Source: an uncultured candidate division Zixibacteria bacterium (lineage in GTDB: Bacteria > Zixibacteria > MSB-5A5 > GN15 > FEB-12). Taken from it: a DNA stretch of 64,000 nt. Position numbers and translations under genes: made by a program. The stretch covers positions 1,920,001 through 1,984,000 of the forward strand of contig OY760907.1 in assembly GCA_963664195.1 (NCBI GenBank), written 5' to 3'. The notes below the pieces were generated by a model that saw nothing but the letters and a program-made list of their open reading frames with translations, was not told the origin of the DNA and made no database searches. Below, in pieces: positions 28,744 through 39,551 of this stretch. Position 1 is the first letter of the stretch. Every line of letters begins with the position of its first letter.

Positions 28744-29396
28744 CCGTCACCTCGCTCACGCCCGACAATCCTCGCGATATTTCGCAGGCGAAAATCAACG
28801 TGGAATCCCGCCACCTCGGCCGACATCTCATTCAGCTCAAACCTGATCTTCCCCTTTGCCAGGTAGAAATTGATATGCACACCGCTCTCACCGAAGCCCT
28901 CGGTGTCCCCTATTGTGAGCAGGGGTTGCCCTTCTGTGTGCGATAGAATGTCGTCGAGCCTGTCCTTCTCCGAACAAGATATGAACAGAATGTGGCACCC
29001 GTCGATATCATCGATGTCCTCAAGATAACGAATTTCCACTCTCCTGTTCTTGATCTTCTGTTCTCGAGACAGGTAAGCATCTTCGAGGGCCGATCCAAAC
29101 GGATTTTGTCCCAGAACAGAAATGACAAAGGTGCCGGAATCATCGCCTTGATCTGCCTGTTCCGGCCACTCTATGTATTGCGCGATTCTCGATAGAGCTA
29201 CCGCTTTTACGTCGTACTCGCCGGTTTGAGCCGGAGCCGGCGCTGGTGACAGGGCAACCAGCAGCCAGATCATGCAGACCAGGATCGCCGAGCAGTTGTG
29301 CCGTGTCGTTGTCTTGTTGCCGGAAACGGATGGACGCAGTTCCCCAAACGACCGGATTTCATTCGTGCCCTCTATCAAGCTAGAACTCCCGTCCAA
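28740..29396 (-). CDS. YfiR/DUF4154-family periplasmic protein
   Basis: EYDVKAV...YIEWP, VLGQNPFG, CHILFI, LTIGD, INFY...IRFELN pattern; hydrophobic signal. The start may be further downstream. Confidence 0.8.
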   Translation of the reverse strand: MDGSSSLIEGTNEIRSFGELRPSVSGNKTTTRHNCSAILVCMIWLLVALSPAPAPAQTGEYDVKAVALSRIAQYIEWPEQADQGDDSGTFVISVLGQNPFGSALEDAYLSREQKIKNRRVEIRYLEDIDDIDGCHILFISCSEKDRLDDILSHTEGQPLLTIGDTEGFGESGVHINFYLAKGKIRFELNEMSAEVAGFHVDFRLRNIARIVGRERGDG

Positions 29397-31584
29397 CAGT
29401 AAACCATACCTGTCTGCCGAATCCTATTGTCCCTTTGTCAGCCCATGCATTGTCAGTGTAGGTCGGGTACCGGATTTCGGAGTCAAAAAGGTTCGAGACT
29501 CTTGCCTGTAGGTAGAGACCCTGCAGGACGAGATTCTCGTAACGAACATTGAGACCGAGCAAGCCGTATCCGTCGACCTTGTCTCCTATGCGTCCCATCG
29601 GGGGATGAGAAGGCCGCGTTTCGTCGGGAGTATCGTCCCAGAACGTCTCCATACTGCCGACATACTGACCGTTTATGGCCGCGGACAGATCATTCGTCAG
29701 GTTATATCTGACTTTGAGGTAGCCAAGAGTCTCTGGCGAATAGGCTACCTTCCTATCCTCATAGCCAGCCCTCTTGTCCCGCGTCTTCTGGTAAGTGCCA
29801 CTGACTTCCACGAAGAGTTTGTGTACAGGCTTTACGGAGAGCGTGAACTCCATGCCGTTGGTTATCATTCGACCGGCGTTTGCCTCGTACGAATAGTCGT
29901 AGTTGCCAATGTCATCCAAAACAATCACGCGAGTAATCAGATTGTCCAGAACGTTGTGGAAGAGGCTGACGCTGGCCAGAAAATCCGGACTCAGGATCGA
30001 TCGGAAGTTCAGTTCGACTGTTTCGATCTCTTCCGACAACAAATCTCCCCTCTTTGATTGTGTCTGCAGATAGTCCTGGAAAAAGGATGGCCTCTTAATC
30101 GCTTTGCCGTAGAGCAGCTTGACAGTGTTGGTCTGGTTCCACTCGTAAATTCCAGCCAATCGGGGAATGACCTCCAAGTCACCTCTGTCAATCGTCGTCT
30201 CGTCCATGGTGAATATATCTGTCTCGTAGCTGAAACCGCTGACGATTTTGTAACTCAGCGCCTTTTCCAGTCTGAGTCCGGCGACAAGGTGCAAATGCTT
30301 CGTCGGTATGTAGTCAACCTGACAGTACGCTGCCAGGGAGGTGATAGCGTCATCATCATCGACGCTGATGTAGTTGTTGTCGAAGAAGGGATTGCCGAAG
30401 GACGGCACATCGTACATATTATAAACGTCAAGAATACTCTTGTAGAGAAGACCGGCCTGCAGGCTCAGGTTTGGCCCGGGGCGGTAGAAAACATCGGTAG
30501 TCAATTCAATCGCATTGCTTTCGAGTTGCTGTATGCCATAGAAGTTCTCGCCCAGATAACTTAGTTTGAACCACACGCGATCCTTGTAGTAAGCCATTCT
30601 GGTGTCGAGAGTCAGTTTACCGGAGAGACTCTTGCGATGACCCACGGCGACATTGTAGTCAGACCAGACATTCCGATGTCCGTCCCCGTACGAGGGGAAG
30701 TTGAACTGCGATGCATCTCTCGCCTCCACAATTACCAGCCGTGCATAGAATTCCTTCAACGAAACGGAGCAATCGAAGTACTTATGATCGATGATCATTC
30801 GGCCGCCCGTTCTGTAATCGGCTGTCAGGCCGAGACTTTCCAGCGCCGACGGGTCAGACATGAGCTTGCTCGCAGGCTGATCGATTCCATCGCTGACATA
30901 GATCGAGGTGTTGGCCGAGAAGCTTATTTCGTCAGTAGTCTTAGACACCCTCACGAAGGCTTCCCGGGTGGCTGCTGATCCGAGAGATGCGGCCACGATG
31001 TTATCTTCAGACGTTGCATTCAGATCATCGGTGATGATGTTAATAGCGCCAAAAAAAGCACCGCTTCCGTATATTATTGACATTGGACCTCGTACTATCT
31101 CTATTCTGTCAATTGCGGCAACAGGAACCGGTATTTCTGTAAGCGGGTAATTGGAGAATATGTTCTTCGTCTGGGGGATACCGTTCAGAAGAATAACCGT
31201 GTTTTCGCTGGGCACGCCTGACCAGAACCCCCTTACACCTAATAGCATCCCGCCTTCTCCGTAATCGTCTATGCCATACAATCCCGGAGTGTTCTGCAGT
31301 ATGTCTGCAAGTGTCTGATATCCGTGCTTTTTGATCTCGTCTCGGGTGATGATTACTGTACTCGCCGGGATATCGCTTATCTTCTGCGATGTTTTCCCGG
31401 CGGTAACGACGTCAACATCCAGCAATTCTTCGAGGGTTAAGTCCATGAGTTCATCGAAACGGGCCGACTTGTTCTGTTGAGAATGCGCCAGATCGGGCTC
31501 CAGACAGAGTAGGGATGCGACCAGAATCGCCTGTGCGAGTACGAACCGGGACAGACCCGGCAGGATGCGTTGGTTTCCGTTCAT
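29380..31584 (-). CDS. TonB-dependent outer-membrane receptor
   Basis: Start MNGNQ after AGGAGG. LTLEELLDVDVVTAGK, plug IDRIEIVRGPMSIIYGSGAFFGAINII, NLFD, C-terminal F. Confidence 0.9.
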   Translation of the reverse strand: MNGNQRILPGLSRFVLAQAILVASLLCLEPDLAHSQQNKSARFDELMDLTLEELLDVDVVTAGKTSQKISDIPASTVIITRDEIKKHGYQTLADILQNTPGLYGIDDYGEGGMLLGVRGFWSGVPSENTVILLNGIPQTKNIFSNYPLTEIPVPVAAIDRIEIVRGPMSIIYGSGAFFGAINIITDDLNATSEDNIVAASLGSAATREAFVRVSKTTDEISFSANTSIYVSDGIDQPASKLMSDPSALESLGLTADYRTGGRMIIDHKYFDCSVSLKEFYARLVIVEARDASQFNFPSYGDGHRNVWSDYNVAVGHRKSLSGKLTLDTRMAYYKDRVWFKLSYLGENFYGIQQLESNAIELTTDVFYRPGPNLSLQAGLLYKSILDVYNMYDVPSFGNPFFDNNYISVDDDDAITSLAAYCQVDYIPTKHLHLVAGLRLEKALSYKIVSGFSYETDIFTMDETTIDRGDLEVIPRLAGIYEWNQTNTVKLLYGKAIKRPSFFQDYLQTQSKRGDLLSEEIETVELNFRSILSPDFLASVSLFHNVLDNLITRVIVLDDIGNYDYSYEANAGRMITNGMEFTLSVKPVHKLFVEVSGTYQKTRDKRAGYEDRKVAYSPETLGYLKVRYNLTNDLSAAINGQYVGSMETFWDDTPDETRPSHPPMGRIGDKVDGYGLLGLNVRYENLVLQGLYLQARVSNLFDSEIRYPTYTDNAWADKGTIGFGRQVWFTVGREF

Positions 31585-32128
31585 CTTCTCCTCCTGAGTG
31601 TGGCAGAGTAGTACGGAGTCAATCCAAGATGTCCTTGTCACAAGCTAATTGTTACCCCTCAGGTTTGCTACAAAAACTGGGTTACGTTTTGGACAAGAGG
31701 GCGGAGTTCTGGCCGAATGACGCCCTTTGATCTGCCGGACATTTCCAGACCGCCGGTCGGGATGGCGACACGGACCATGAAGAGGTTCTCGGTTATGGGG
31801 GCGTGATCGAGAAGACCGGTGACTTTCTGCAAGGAAGAGTAAGACCGGGTATGATACCGTCTCCTGTAGAATGTATCTCGGTGGTTCATGCAACCGGAGT
31901 ATTTGGATGAGTCCTGATACTGCGTCGGCAGGCAAACTCTTACTGGCAGCTCTCGCCCGAACCCACAAAACCTGTTGACATCAGCGGGTTCATCCGTGAT
32001 CTTTTAAGCTCATACGGAGTATAAACTCCTGATATGAACGGCAACGTCGGGCGACGTTCCTGCTCCTGCTTTTCCGGCACCACGCGTCGAAACCTGACGT
32101 TGCGAGAGATCGTTTCAAAGGTAGAACG

Positions 32129-32656
32129 ATGTCAAAACGCAATGGCTCAATCATCAATCGGCACGTTCTGATGCTAAACCAGAACTACGAACCGCTCTCG
32201 GTCTGTTCGGCCAGGCGGGCTATTGTGCTGTTGTTTCAGGGCAAGGCGGAAATGATCGAGACAGCAGACGGCCTCAAAATCCACACCGTCCGCAAGGACT
32301 TCAGCCTGCCTTCGGTAGTGAGGCTGGGGCAGTACAAACGGGTGCCGTTCAAACGGATCATGCTCACCCGTAAGAACGTTATCATCCGCGATAACCACAG
32401 ATGCCAGTACTGCGGGCTTGCGCGCGGGGCGATGACAGTCGACCACATCATTCCTAAGAAGCTCAAGGGCAAAGACTCCTGGGAAAACATGGTCTGTGCC
32501 TGTGTCCGGTGTAACAACAAGAAGGGGGATCGCACCCCAGCTCAGGCGAACATGCCCCTTCTTCGCAAGCCAAAGCGACCGTCACACATAGCATTTATCC
32601 AAAGACACGTCAGCGGCGGAGAGCACCGATGGCGTCCTTACCTGTTCATGGACTGA
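32129..32656 (+). CDS. HNH endonuclease family protein
   Basis: VLMLNQNYEPL, PSVVRL, RDNHRCQYCG, TVDHIIP, WENMVCACVRCNNKKG. Confidence 0.9.
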   Translation: MSKRNGSIINRHVLMLNQNYEPLSVCSARRAIVLLFQGKAEMIETADGLKIHTVRKDFSLPSVVRLGQYKRVPFKRIMLTRKNVIIRDNHRCQYCGLARGAMTVDHIIPKKLKGKDSWENMVCACVRCNNKKGDRTPAQANMPLLRKPKRPSHIAFIQRHVSGGEHRWRPYLFMD

Positions 32657-32872
32657 TCTGCGACTGACGTCGCACGGCAGCTTTCACCTTAAATTATTAC
32701 CGTATAATGCGTTACTATGTCGCATCTTTTCATATGCAGAAACCGCTTGCCATATATAGGCTTATGGCCGTACATTTGTCGGCGAGCGGAGAGGACTGCC
32801 TTTTTTGTTGATAAGGCTGTCCCGCAGTGATTAACGTGCGGGTTGAATCCGCTTCGGTAGACAGAGGCAGAC

Positions 32873-33877
32873 ATGAGCGAGAAAACTAAGAAAGAAACCA
32901 TCCTCTCCGGCATGCAGCCGACAGGGGCACTTCACATCGGCAATCTTGAAGGCGCACTCAAGAATTGGGTGAGGCTTCAGGACGACTACTGGATGTTCTG
33001 TTGTCTGGTGGATTGGCATGCCCTCACGGGCACGTATGAGGATACGAAGGTTCTCAAGTCCAACATCTTTGAGATGTCGCTTGATTGGCTCGCCGCCGGG
33101 CTGGATCCCGAGAAGTGCGCCATATTCATTCAGTCGGACGTGAAAGAACACGCCGAACTGCATCTGCTGTTTTCGATGCTCATTACGGTTCCGACGCTGA
33201 CCCGCCTGCCTACCTACCAGGAGAAGAAGGACAAGCTGGACTCTTACGGTTTCCTCGGCTACCCGGTACTTCAGGCCGCCGATATCTGCCTCTACAACGC
33301 CGACAAGGTGCCGGTGGGGAAGGATCAGGAGAAGCACATCTGGCTGGCCGCCGATCTTGCCAAGCGATTCAACCACCTGTATAAAAAGACGTTTGTTGAA
33401 CCGCAGGCGATGTTTCCCAAGATTCCGCTGATACTCGGAAGTGACAACCGGAAGATGTCCAAATCTTACGGCAACCACATCCCGATTGAGTTCACCGAGA
33501 AGCAGACCGAAAAGCGGCTCAAGGGGTATTTCACCGATCCGGACAAGCTCCGCCAGGGAGACCCCGGCACGCCGGAGAAGTGCCCGGTCTATCTGTTGCA
33601 CCAGGTGTACAGCGAGAAGCCGGAAGAAGAGATCGCACCGGACTGTCGCACCGGGGCACTGGGTTGTGTCGACTGCAAGATGAAACTGGCCGGGCGACTC
33701 AACGCGAACCTTCAGCCGATCCGTGATCGCCGGGTCGAGTTTGCGAAACAACCGGATGTGGTGTGGGATATTCTTGCGACCGGTGCCGACCGGGCGCGAT
33801 CGCGAGCGCAGAATGTTATGAACAAGGTCCGTTCCGCGATGAAGACGAATTATCGCAAGACAAAGAAGACAAAATGA
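32873..33877 (+). CDS. trpS: Tryptophan--tRNA ligase
   Basis: SGMQPTGALHIGN, YPVLQAADI, VPVGKDQ, KMSKS. Confidence 0.95.
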   Translation: MSEKTKKETILSGMQPTGALHIGNLEGALKNWVRLQDDYWMFCCLVDWHALTGTYEDTKVLKSNIFEMSLDWLAAGLDPEKCAIFIQSDVKEHAELHLLFSMLITVPTLTRLPTYQEKKDKLDSYGFLGYPVLQAADICLYNADKVPVGKDQEKHIWLAADLAKRFNHLYKKTFVEPQAMFPKIPLILGSDNRKMSKSYGNHIPIEFTEKQTEKRLKGYFTDPDKLRQGDPGTPEKCPVYLLHQVYSEKPEEEIAPDCRTGALGCVDCKMKLAGRLNANLQPIRDRRVEFAKQPDVVWDILATGADRARSRAQNVMNKVRSAMKTNYRKTKKTK

Positions 33878-34662
33878 CCGAATCGATAGTAGACGCCCAG
33901 ACTGATTGCTACCGCGTTGATCTTGAGTGCTTCAACGGGCCGCTGGATCTCCTGCTCTATCTCATCAAACAGGAAGAGGTGGATATCTGGGAGATACCCA
34001 TCGCCCGGATAACCCGGCAGTATCTCAAGTATATTGAGATGATGAAAACGCTCGATCTGGAGGTTGCAGGTGAGTTTATCCTGATGGCCGCCACGCTGAT
34101 AAGAATCAAGACCCGGTTGCTGCTTCCTCAGGACGACACTGAGTCCGATGAGCCTGATCCTCGCGAAGAGCTGATTATGGCCCTCGTCGAGTACAAGAAG
34201 TACAAAGAGGCCGGTGAGATTCTCCGGCAGCGGTCGAAGCTCGAAGAGCAGTTCTACGTACCGCCGTCACCGGTACAGAAGATTGACGGCAAGATTGACT
34301 TCGAGCCGGCCACCAGTTTATACGACCTCGTAGTTGCCTTCAAGCAGGTGATCTCCACCAAACATCCGGAGATCATCCACGAGGTCAATCCCGAGGAAGT
34401 GGCCATCGAGGATCGAATGCTGGTGGTCCTGAACTTCATGAAAGAACATGACTGGGCGACCTTCACAGAGCTTTTTGCGGATGTTCCCCGCAAGATGGTG
34501 GCCATTGTCACCTTCATTGCGTTGCTTGAACTGACCCGCTCCCGTCGCGTGCGATTGCACCAGGCGGTGCCCTTTTCGGAGATGCGAATCTCGCGGGGAG
34601 ATCAGGCAGATGCCCCACACAGAGAGATTGATCTGGTCGAAGCACCGGTTACCGAGGAATAG
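33874..34662 (+). CDS. scpA: Segregation/condensation protein A
   Basis: Start at ATG 33874 overlapping the trpS stop; FNGPLDLLLYLI, AGEFILMAATL, FIALLEL. Confidence 0.9.
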   Translation: MTESIVDAQTDCYRVDLECFNGPLDLLLYLIKQEEVDIWEIPIARITRQYLKYIEMMKTLDLEVAGEFILMAATLIRIKTRLLLPQDDTESDEPDPREELIMALVEYKKYKEAGEILRQRSKLEEQFYVPPSPVQKIDGKIDFEPATSLYDLVVAFKQVISTKHPEIIHEVNPEEVAIEDRMLVVLNFMKEHDWATFTELFADVPRKMVAIVTFIALLELTRSRRVRLHQAVPFSEMRISRGDQADAPHREIDLVEAPVTEE

Positions 34663-34673
34663 GATAAAACGTT

Positions 34674-35624
34674 ATGATGAACCAGGAATACAGAGATTCT
34701 GCAGTCGAGGCCTTGATACTTGCCTCGCCGGACCCGCTTCCGGGGCGCAGAATCGCCCGTTTGATAGACGAGATTACTCCTTCCCAGGTGGCAAAGACGG
34801 TGGCGTCACTGAACTCCGGCTATGCCGATAACGGGTCGAGTTTCCGTATTCGAGAAATCGCCGGCGGGTATCAGATATACATTATGGCCGAATATGTCGG
34901 ATTTGTGGAAGACATGTTCAGCACGCGGCGCAAGTTACGCCTCTCCAAGGCGGCACTGGAAACGCTTGCTGTTATTGCGTACCGCCAGCCTGCGACCAAG
35001 GTTGAGGTCGAGCATATACGCGGGGTGGCCTCCGACGGTGTCGTGCGGACACTGCTGGAAAAGGGGTTGATCACGGTTACCGGGCGGGCCGATACGGTCG
35101 GTAAACCGCTACAGTACGGGACAACCGACGAATTTCTGAAGTTTTTCGGACTGGCCTCAATGGATGACCTCCCCAAAATGGGCGAGATCGAAGAGATGAT
35201 CTCCACCGCCGAGAAGGAAAACGACGACCAATTGCAACTGGCAGTGGACGCACACAACCAGGAATTGAAGCTCAATATCGCCGATGGCTCCTTCGATCCA
35301 GCGAAGCGCAACTGCGAGGATCTGGACGATTCCGAGACCGATCACACCGCTACCGCAGAGGCCGACATCACCGACGAAGCGCCCTCCGGGCCTGCCCCGG
35401 AACAGCAATCGGTTGATGTGCCTGCCAATCGCCTGACGACGGAGATTGTCGATACTCCCGAGGACAAGCCTTCTGACCCGAGCGGGGACGACTCTGATTC
35501 AGATGTTGAAGTGCGAAAGTTGGTCTTGAAGAAGACCGCCGAAGACACTATATTGTCGTCGGAAACTGACAACGCTGAAGAAGAGTTGAGAGTGGAAGTC
35601 GATAGCGATGCTGTCGGCAACTAG
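34674..35624 (+). CDS. scpB: SMC-Scp complex subunit ScpB with long acidic C-terminal extension
   Basis: LSKAALETLAVIAYRQP, IRGV, YGTTDEFLKFFGL. Confidence 0.92.
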   Translation: MMNQEYRDSAVEALILASPDPLPGRRIARLIDEITPSQVAKTVASLNSGYADNGSSFRIREIAGGYQIYIMAEYVGFVEDMFSTRRKLRLSKAALETLAVIAYRQPATKVEVEHIRGVASDGVVRTLLEKGLITVTGRADTVGKPLQYGTTDEFLKFFGLASMDDLPKMGEIEEMISTAEKENDDQLQLAVDAHNQELKLNIADGSFDPAKRNCEDLDDSETDHTATAEADITDEAPSGPAPEQQSVDVPANRLTTEIVDTPEDKPSDPSGDDSDSDVEVRKLVLKKTAEDTILSSETDNAEEELRVEVDSDAVGN

Positions 35625-35673
35625 CTCCGAGTTGTTGAGCACGCACCGGGTGGGGTAAGGGCTTTCTGGCCGT

Positions 35674-36408
35674 ATGACCCAGACGCGCATTAACAAATTC
35701 CTGTCTTTGTGTGGGGTTACCTCTCGTCGTGGCGCCGAAGTCATGATCTCTGAGGAACGAGTCACGGTAAATGACAAGACTGTCTCCGAGTTGGGGACGC
35801 TTATTGACCCGGATAAGGACTGCGTGAAGGTTGATGGCGTTGTTGCCTCACCGGCCAGGCGGAAAGTCTATGTACTCCTGAACAAGCCCAAGATGACCAT
35901 GACTACTCTGCACGATCCATTCAAACGAAAAACGATCCTGCACTATCTCAAGAAAGTGGAGCATCGTATCTATCCGGTGGGGCGGCTCGATTATGATGCC
36001 GAAGGCTTGCTCATTCTGACTAACGACGGTGATTTGGCCTTTCGGCTGGCGCATCCGAGCTTCCAGGTGGCAAAGATATACGAAGTGCAGGTGGAGGGCC
36101 GGTTTGAGCGAGAGGCGGCGCAGAAAATAGAAGCCGGCATCACGCTCGATGACGGTGCTACGGGGCGCGCAGACGTTTCTGTTCTGGGGTTTGTCGGTTC
36201 TTTCACTCGTGTGCGTCTAACCCTCACCGAGGGCCGCAAGCGAGAAGTTAAGCAGTTGTGCAAGAAGGTCGGGCACCCGGTGAAGAGTCTGCGTCGAGTA
36301 GAATTCGCCGGCCTTCAGTTGAAGAACCTCAAACCGGGGCAATGGCGGTATCTGACCTCGGTCGAGATATCCCGTCTCCAGCAGTTGGTGGGGATAGAAG
36401 TAGCGTGA
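35674..36408 (+). CDS. rluB: rRNA pseudouridine synthase (RluB/RsuA family)
   Basis: S4 domain, LNKP, VGRLDYDAEGLLILTNDG, TEGRKREVK; typical scpAB-rluB order. Confidence 0.85.
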   Translation: MTQTRINKFLSLCGVTSRRGAEVMISEERVTVNDKTVSELGTLIDPDKDCVKVDGVVASPARRKVYVLLNKPKMTMTTLHDPFKRKTILHYLKKVEHRIYPVGRLDYDAEGLLILTNDGDLAFRLAHPSFQVAKIYEVQVEGRFEREAAQKIEAGITLDDGATGRADVSVLGFVGSFTRVRLTLTEGRKREVKQLCKKVGHPVKSLRRVEFAGLQLKNLKPGQWRYLTSVEISRLQQLVGIEVA

Positions 36409-36427
36409 TTTGCTGACTAAGAGTATG

Positions 36428-36457
36428 AAAAAGGCCCGGATATCCGGGCCTTTTTTC
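36428..36457. terminator. Bidirectional terminator
   Basis: AAAAAGGCCCGGATATCCGGGCCTTTTTT. Confidence 0.8.
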
Positions 36458-36531
36458 TTGGTTTTGGCGAGTGTGCGTCGTTGCACGGCGAGACCAGCGC
36501 GGTCGCGCCGATCTACGATTTCGACAGCAGT

Positions 36532-37023
36532 CTACTCTTTGAGATTGCCCCATTCCGCATCCTCAAGCCACTGCTTCGGGCCCTCAAGGAATCTGATAAC
36601 CTGCTCCATTGTCACCCAGTGGCGGTGCTCTTCGTCAGCAATCTTGTTCAGGATGGCTTTCTGATCATCGTTGTCAAGCTCGTTGGCTTTCTCGCGATAA
36701 AACTCCTCGGCTTTCTTCTCAACCTCGCGAGCATGTTCCCAAATCTGCTTGGCGTCGGCCGCAAAGCTGTGCTCTTCACCCTTGGATTTCATCTCCTCGA
36801 AAACATTCTTGACGGTGGCGAGAATCTCTGTCTTTTCTGCTTCGTTGTACTTGGCAGCTCCACCTTCTTTCATCGCCTTGAATATCCTGTAGTGCTTCAA
36901 CTCATCGTTGGCCAGATCCTCGAGAATTCTCTTGAACGCAGGGACAGTGGCTTTTTCCGCGTGTTCAAGGTAGAAATCTCTACCGTCGTTTTCCATTTTC
37001 ATGGCATACTCGAATACGTTCAT
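36532..37023 (-). CDS. Ferritin/rubrerythrin-like diiron protein
   Basis: AMKME..G..FY, LANDELKH, EKKAEEFY, IADEEHRH (paired ExxH). Confidence 0.85.
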   Translation of the reverse strand: MNVFEYAMKMENDGRDFYLEHAEKATVPAFKRILEDLANDELKHYRIFKAMKEGGAAKYNEAEKTEILATVKNVFEEMKSKGEEHSFAADAKQIWEHAREVEKKAEEFYREKANELDNDDQKAILNKIADEEHRHWVTMEQVIRFLEGPKQWLEDAEWGNLKE

Positions 37024-37143
37024 GACTTCTCCATCTGAAACTATATCAATGTGATTCTTCTTGTAATCTCTGAGTGAACCGACCTGCCGCCGGGCGCAAT
37101 CAAAAAAGTATCGCCCGACAGCCGTCTCCGTTATATTGTAACT

Positions 37144-38127
37144 ATGTTGTTTGTTCTGCGAAAGTCACTTTTTCCTGTCTCAATAGTCTGCTTTGCCCTT
37201 GTTCTGCTGAGTGGCTCCGTTCAACCCTCCGATTCGATTGCTGCCGTGACGCGAGGAGCGTTCACTTATCGTCTTGACAATCCTGCATACATCGATCAAG
37301 TGGACTCCATACTGGTCCGGACCAGATCGCAGTTGCAGCTCATGTTGCGTGACAGTCTGTCGTTTTCATCCAATGTCTACCTGGTAGAGTCGCTCTCTCG
37401 GTTTAACAGGATTGTGGGCGGTAAGTTCCCGGAATGGGGTGCGGCAGTAGCCATTCCGCCACGCCACCTGATAGCGATCAAGTCACCTGATCGGTTCAAT
37501 TCAAACAAGTCCCTCAGAGAGCTGGTGGCCCATGAATATACGCATCTTGCCCTCGGTCATCGCCTGCGGGGCGTAAATCCTCCCCGATGGTTAAACGAAG
37601 GGATGGCTGTGCTCGTCTCAATGGAATGGACCTGGGGTGACAATCTCACCATGAATTTTGCAAGCGTCACCGGTGATTTCGTCCCTTTGAGTGAGATAGA
37701 GCGGGTCAATCAGTTCGCCGGCAGGCGGGCACGACTGGCATACGCGGAGTCGTACCTGTCGGTCAAATATCTCTTCGACGAGTATGGTGTCGAGGCGGTG
37801 AACACGCTGCTTGATCGGCTGGCACAGCGGCAGTCGGTAGATTCGGCCCTTATGGCGTCCACCGGCTCGAATTATAGTGACTTTGAAGAGGAATTTCGCG
37901 TATACTTACACCAAAGATATAACCTGATAAGCCTGGTTTTCGACACTATGTATTTCTGGCTTGGCCTCGCGATAATCCTCGTCATCGGCGGAGTGTTGTC
38001 TATTCGCAGACGACGCAAGCAGTATGAGCAGTGGGACGAAGACGAAAAGCTCGCCTCGACGGATTTTGATTACGGTGATCCGGACCACCCGGAGCAGATC
38101 GATGACGACGAGTCCTGGCGCGAGTAG
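37144..38127 (+). CDS. Peptidase MA-like zinc metalloprotease with C-terminal TM
   Basis: Signal peptide, AHEYTHL, PRWLNEGMA, AYAES. Confidence 0.8.
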   Translation: MLFVLRKSLFPVSIVCFALVLLSGSVQPSDSIAAVTRGAFTYRLDNPAYIDQVDSILVRTRSQLQLMLRDSLSFSSNVYLVESLSRFNRIVGGKFPEWGAAVAIPPRHLIAIKSPDRFNSNKSLRELVAHEYTHLALGHRLRGVNPPRWLNEGMAVLVSMEWTWGDNLTMNFASVTGDFVPLSEIERVNQFAGRRARLAYAESYLSVKYLFDEYGVEAVNTLLDRLAQRQSVDSALMASTGSNYSDFEEEFRVYLHQRYNLISLVFDTMYFWLGLAIILVIGGVLSIRRRRKQYEQWDEDEKLASTDFDYGDPDHPEQIDDDESWRE

Positions 38128-38318
38128 GCCGGGCGGCACGGAATCGCACTCAATGTGCTGAGAAATCAGGCAACCATCCCAACAAATCGGCGTAGAAACA
38201 GATAGCTGAAACGGTCGAACGTGAAGTCGAAGGCCCTACCCTCGCACACCGGGGTATCGATAGATTCTACGCCAAACCGGGGGAGCGCTTAACACCGAAT
38301 CCGGAGAGAGGTATTCCT

Positions 38319-39551
38319 GTGAAGAGACTGATAATCATTGGCGTCATAATCGTTGTTGTGCTCGGCGGTTGGCTGGGGGTGAACGCCGTTTTCACCAAAA
38401 CGTATGACATTCCGACCACAGACTCACGCCACGGTGAATTGCTGATCTCCCAGAACGTGAAGGGAGTTGTCGATGCTGCCCGAGCGTACACCATTTCCGC
38501 TCCCAGGATCAGAGGACTGCAGGTTACGTGGATGGCTCCCGAGGGATCCCAGGCTGCCAAAGGTTCGCCCGTTTTGAAATTCGATCCGACCCAGCAGATG
38601 ACCGACCTGCACGACCAGCAATCGAGCTTGAAGATCAATCAGGCGACTTTGGCCCGCGCCAACCAGGAATATACGATTCAGGATAAGAACCTGGCACTCG
38701 AACTCCAGAAGGCCCGCCGCAAATACGACGAGCAGAAACACGAGGCGCCCAAACTGGCCGAAGAGGCCAAGATGGAGCTTGATCTGGCGGAACTGAATTA
38801 CGAGGCCAAACTGGACCAGCTTCGTTCCGACGTCCAGAAGGCCGAACTCGAGGTGCAACGTGCCCAGGATCAGGTGGATCGCGCCCAGCGTGAACTTGAC
38901 CAGTTGACGGTCATGGCTCCGATACCGGGCATGGTGGTGTATCTTGAAATCTGGAAAGGGGGCCAGATGGGCAAGGTGCAGGAGGGCGACTCACCGTGGC
39001 CGGGCCAGGGACTTATCAACCTTCCGGACCTGAGCGAGATGATAGTGAAGGCCACCGTCTCCGAAGTTGACGCCGCCGTGGTTGATTCCGGGCAGGAGGT
39101 CATTATCAGTCTCGATGCACTTCCTGACACCACCTTCCGTGGTACCGTCACCAAGAAGGGTACGCTGGCTCATCGCAAAGATATGAATTCCAAGATTAAC
39201 GTTTTCGATGTTGAAATCGCTATTTTGGACAAGAACGCAAACCTCAAGCCCGGTATGTCTGCCTCCTGCAAGATTGTGGTTGATCGCCTTGCCGATGTGG
39301 TCAGCGTTCCGCTTGAGGCCGTGTTCGAGAGAGACGGCGAGACTATCGTGTACCTTGAGAACAAACACGAGGTGGAAGTAGAGGTCGGTCGCCGAAGTGA
39401 TATGGAGATCGAAATCCTCTCCGGGCTTGAGGGGGGCGAATCGATTTGCCTCGTCGATCCCAATCTGGAGGAGGCGGGACTGCCCGGCGACCGTGCCACT
39501 GAACCGGAGCTTAACCGCGGACGCACTCAGCCCGGCGGGACCTCGCGATGA
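38319..39551 (+). CDS. Periplasmic adaptor (MacA/HlyD-like) of a tripartite exporter
   Basis: N-terminal TM, coiled-coil hairpin, APIPGMV, VSEVD, LKPGMSA, VSVPLEAV. Confidence 0.85.
   Translation: MKRLIIIGVIIVVVLGGWLGVNAVFTKTYDIPTTDSRHGELLISQNVKGVVDAARAYTISAPRIRGLQVTWMAPEGSQAAKGSPVLKFDPTQQMTDLHDQQSSLKINQATLARANQEYTIQDKNLALELQKARRKYDEQKHEAPKLAEEAKMELDLAELNYEAKLDQLRSDVQKAELEVQRAQDQVDRAQRELDQLTVMAPIPGMVVYLEIWKGGQMGKVQEGDSPWPGQGLINLPDLSEMIVKATVSEVDAAVVDSGQEVIISLDALPDTTFRGTVTKKGTLAHRKDMNSKINVFDVEIAILDKNANLKPGMSASCKIVVDRLADVVSVPLEAVFERDGETIVYLENKHEVEVEVGRRSDMEIEILSGLEGGESICLVDPNLEEAGLPGDRATEPELNRGRTQPGGTSR

Noticed and set aside
32129..32656. HNH gene as a defence or homing element
   Set aside because: Matches the widespread stand-alone HNH family and has no intron, methylase or repeat context.
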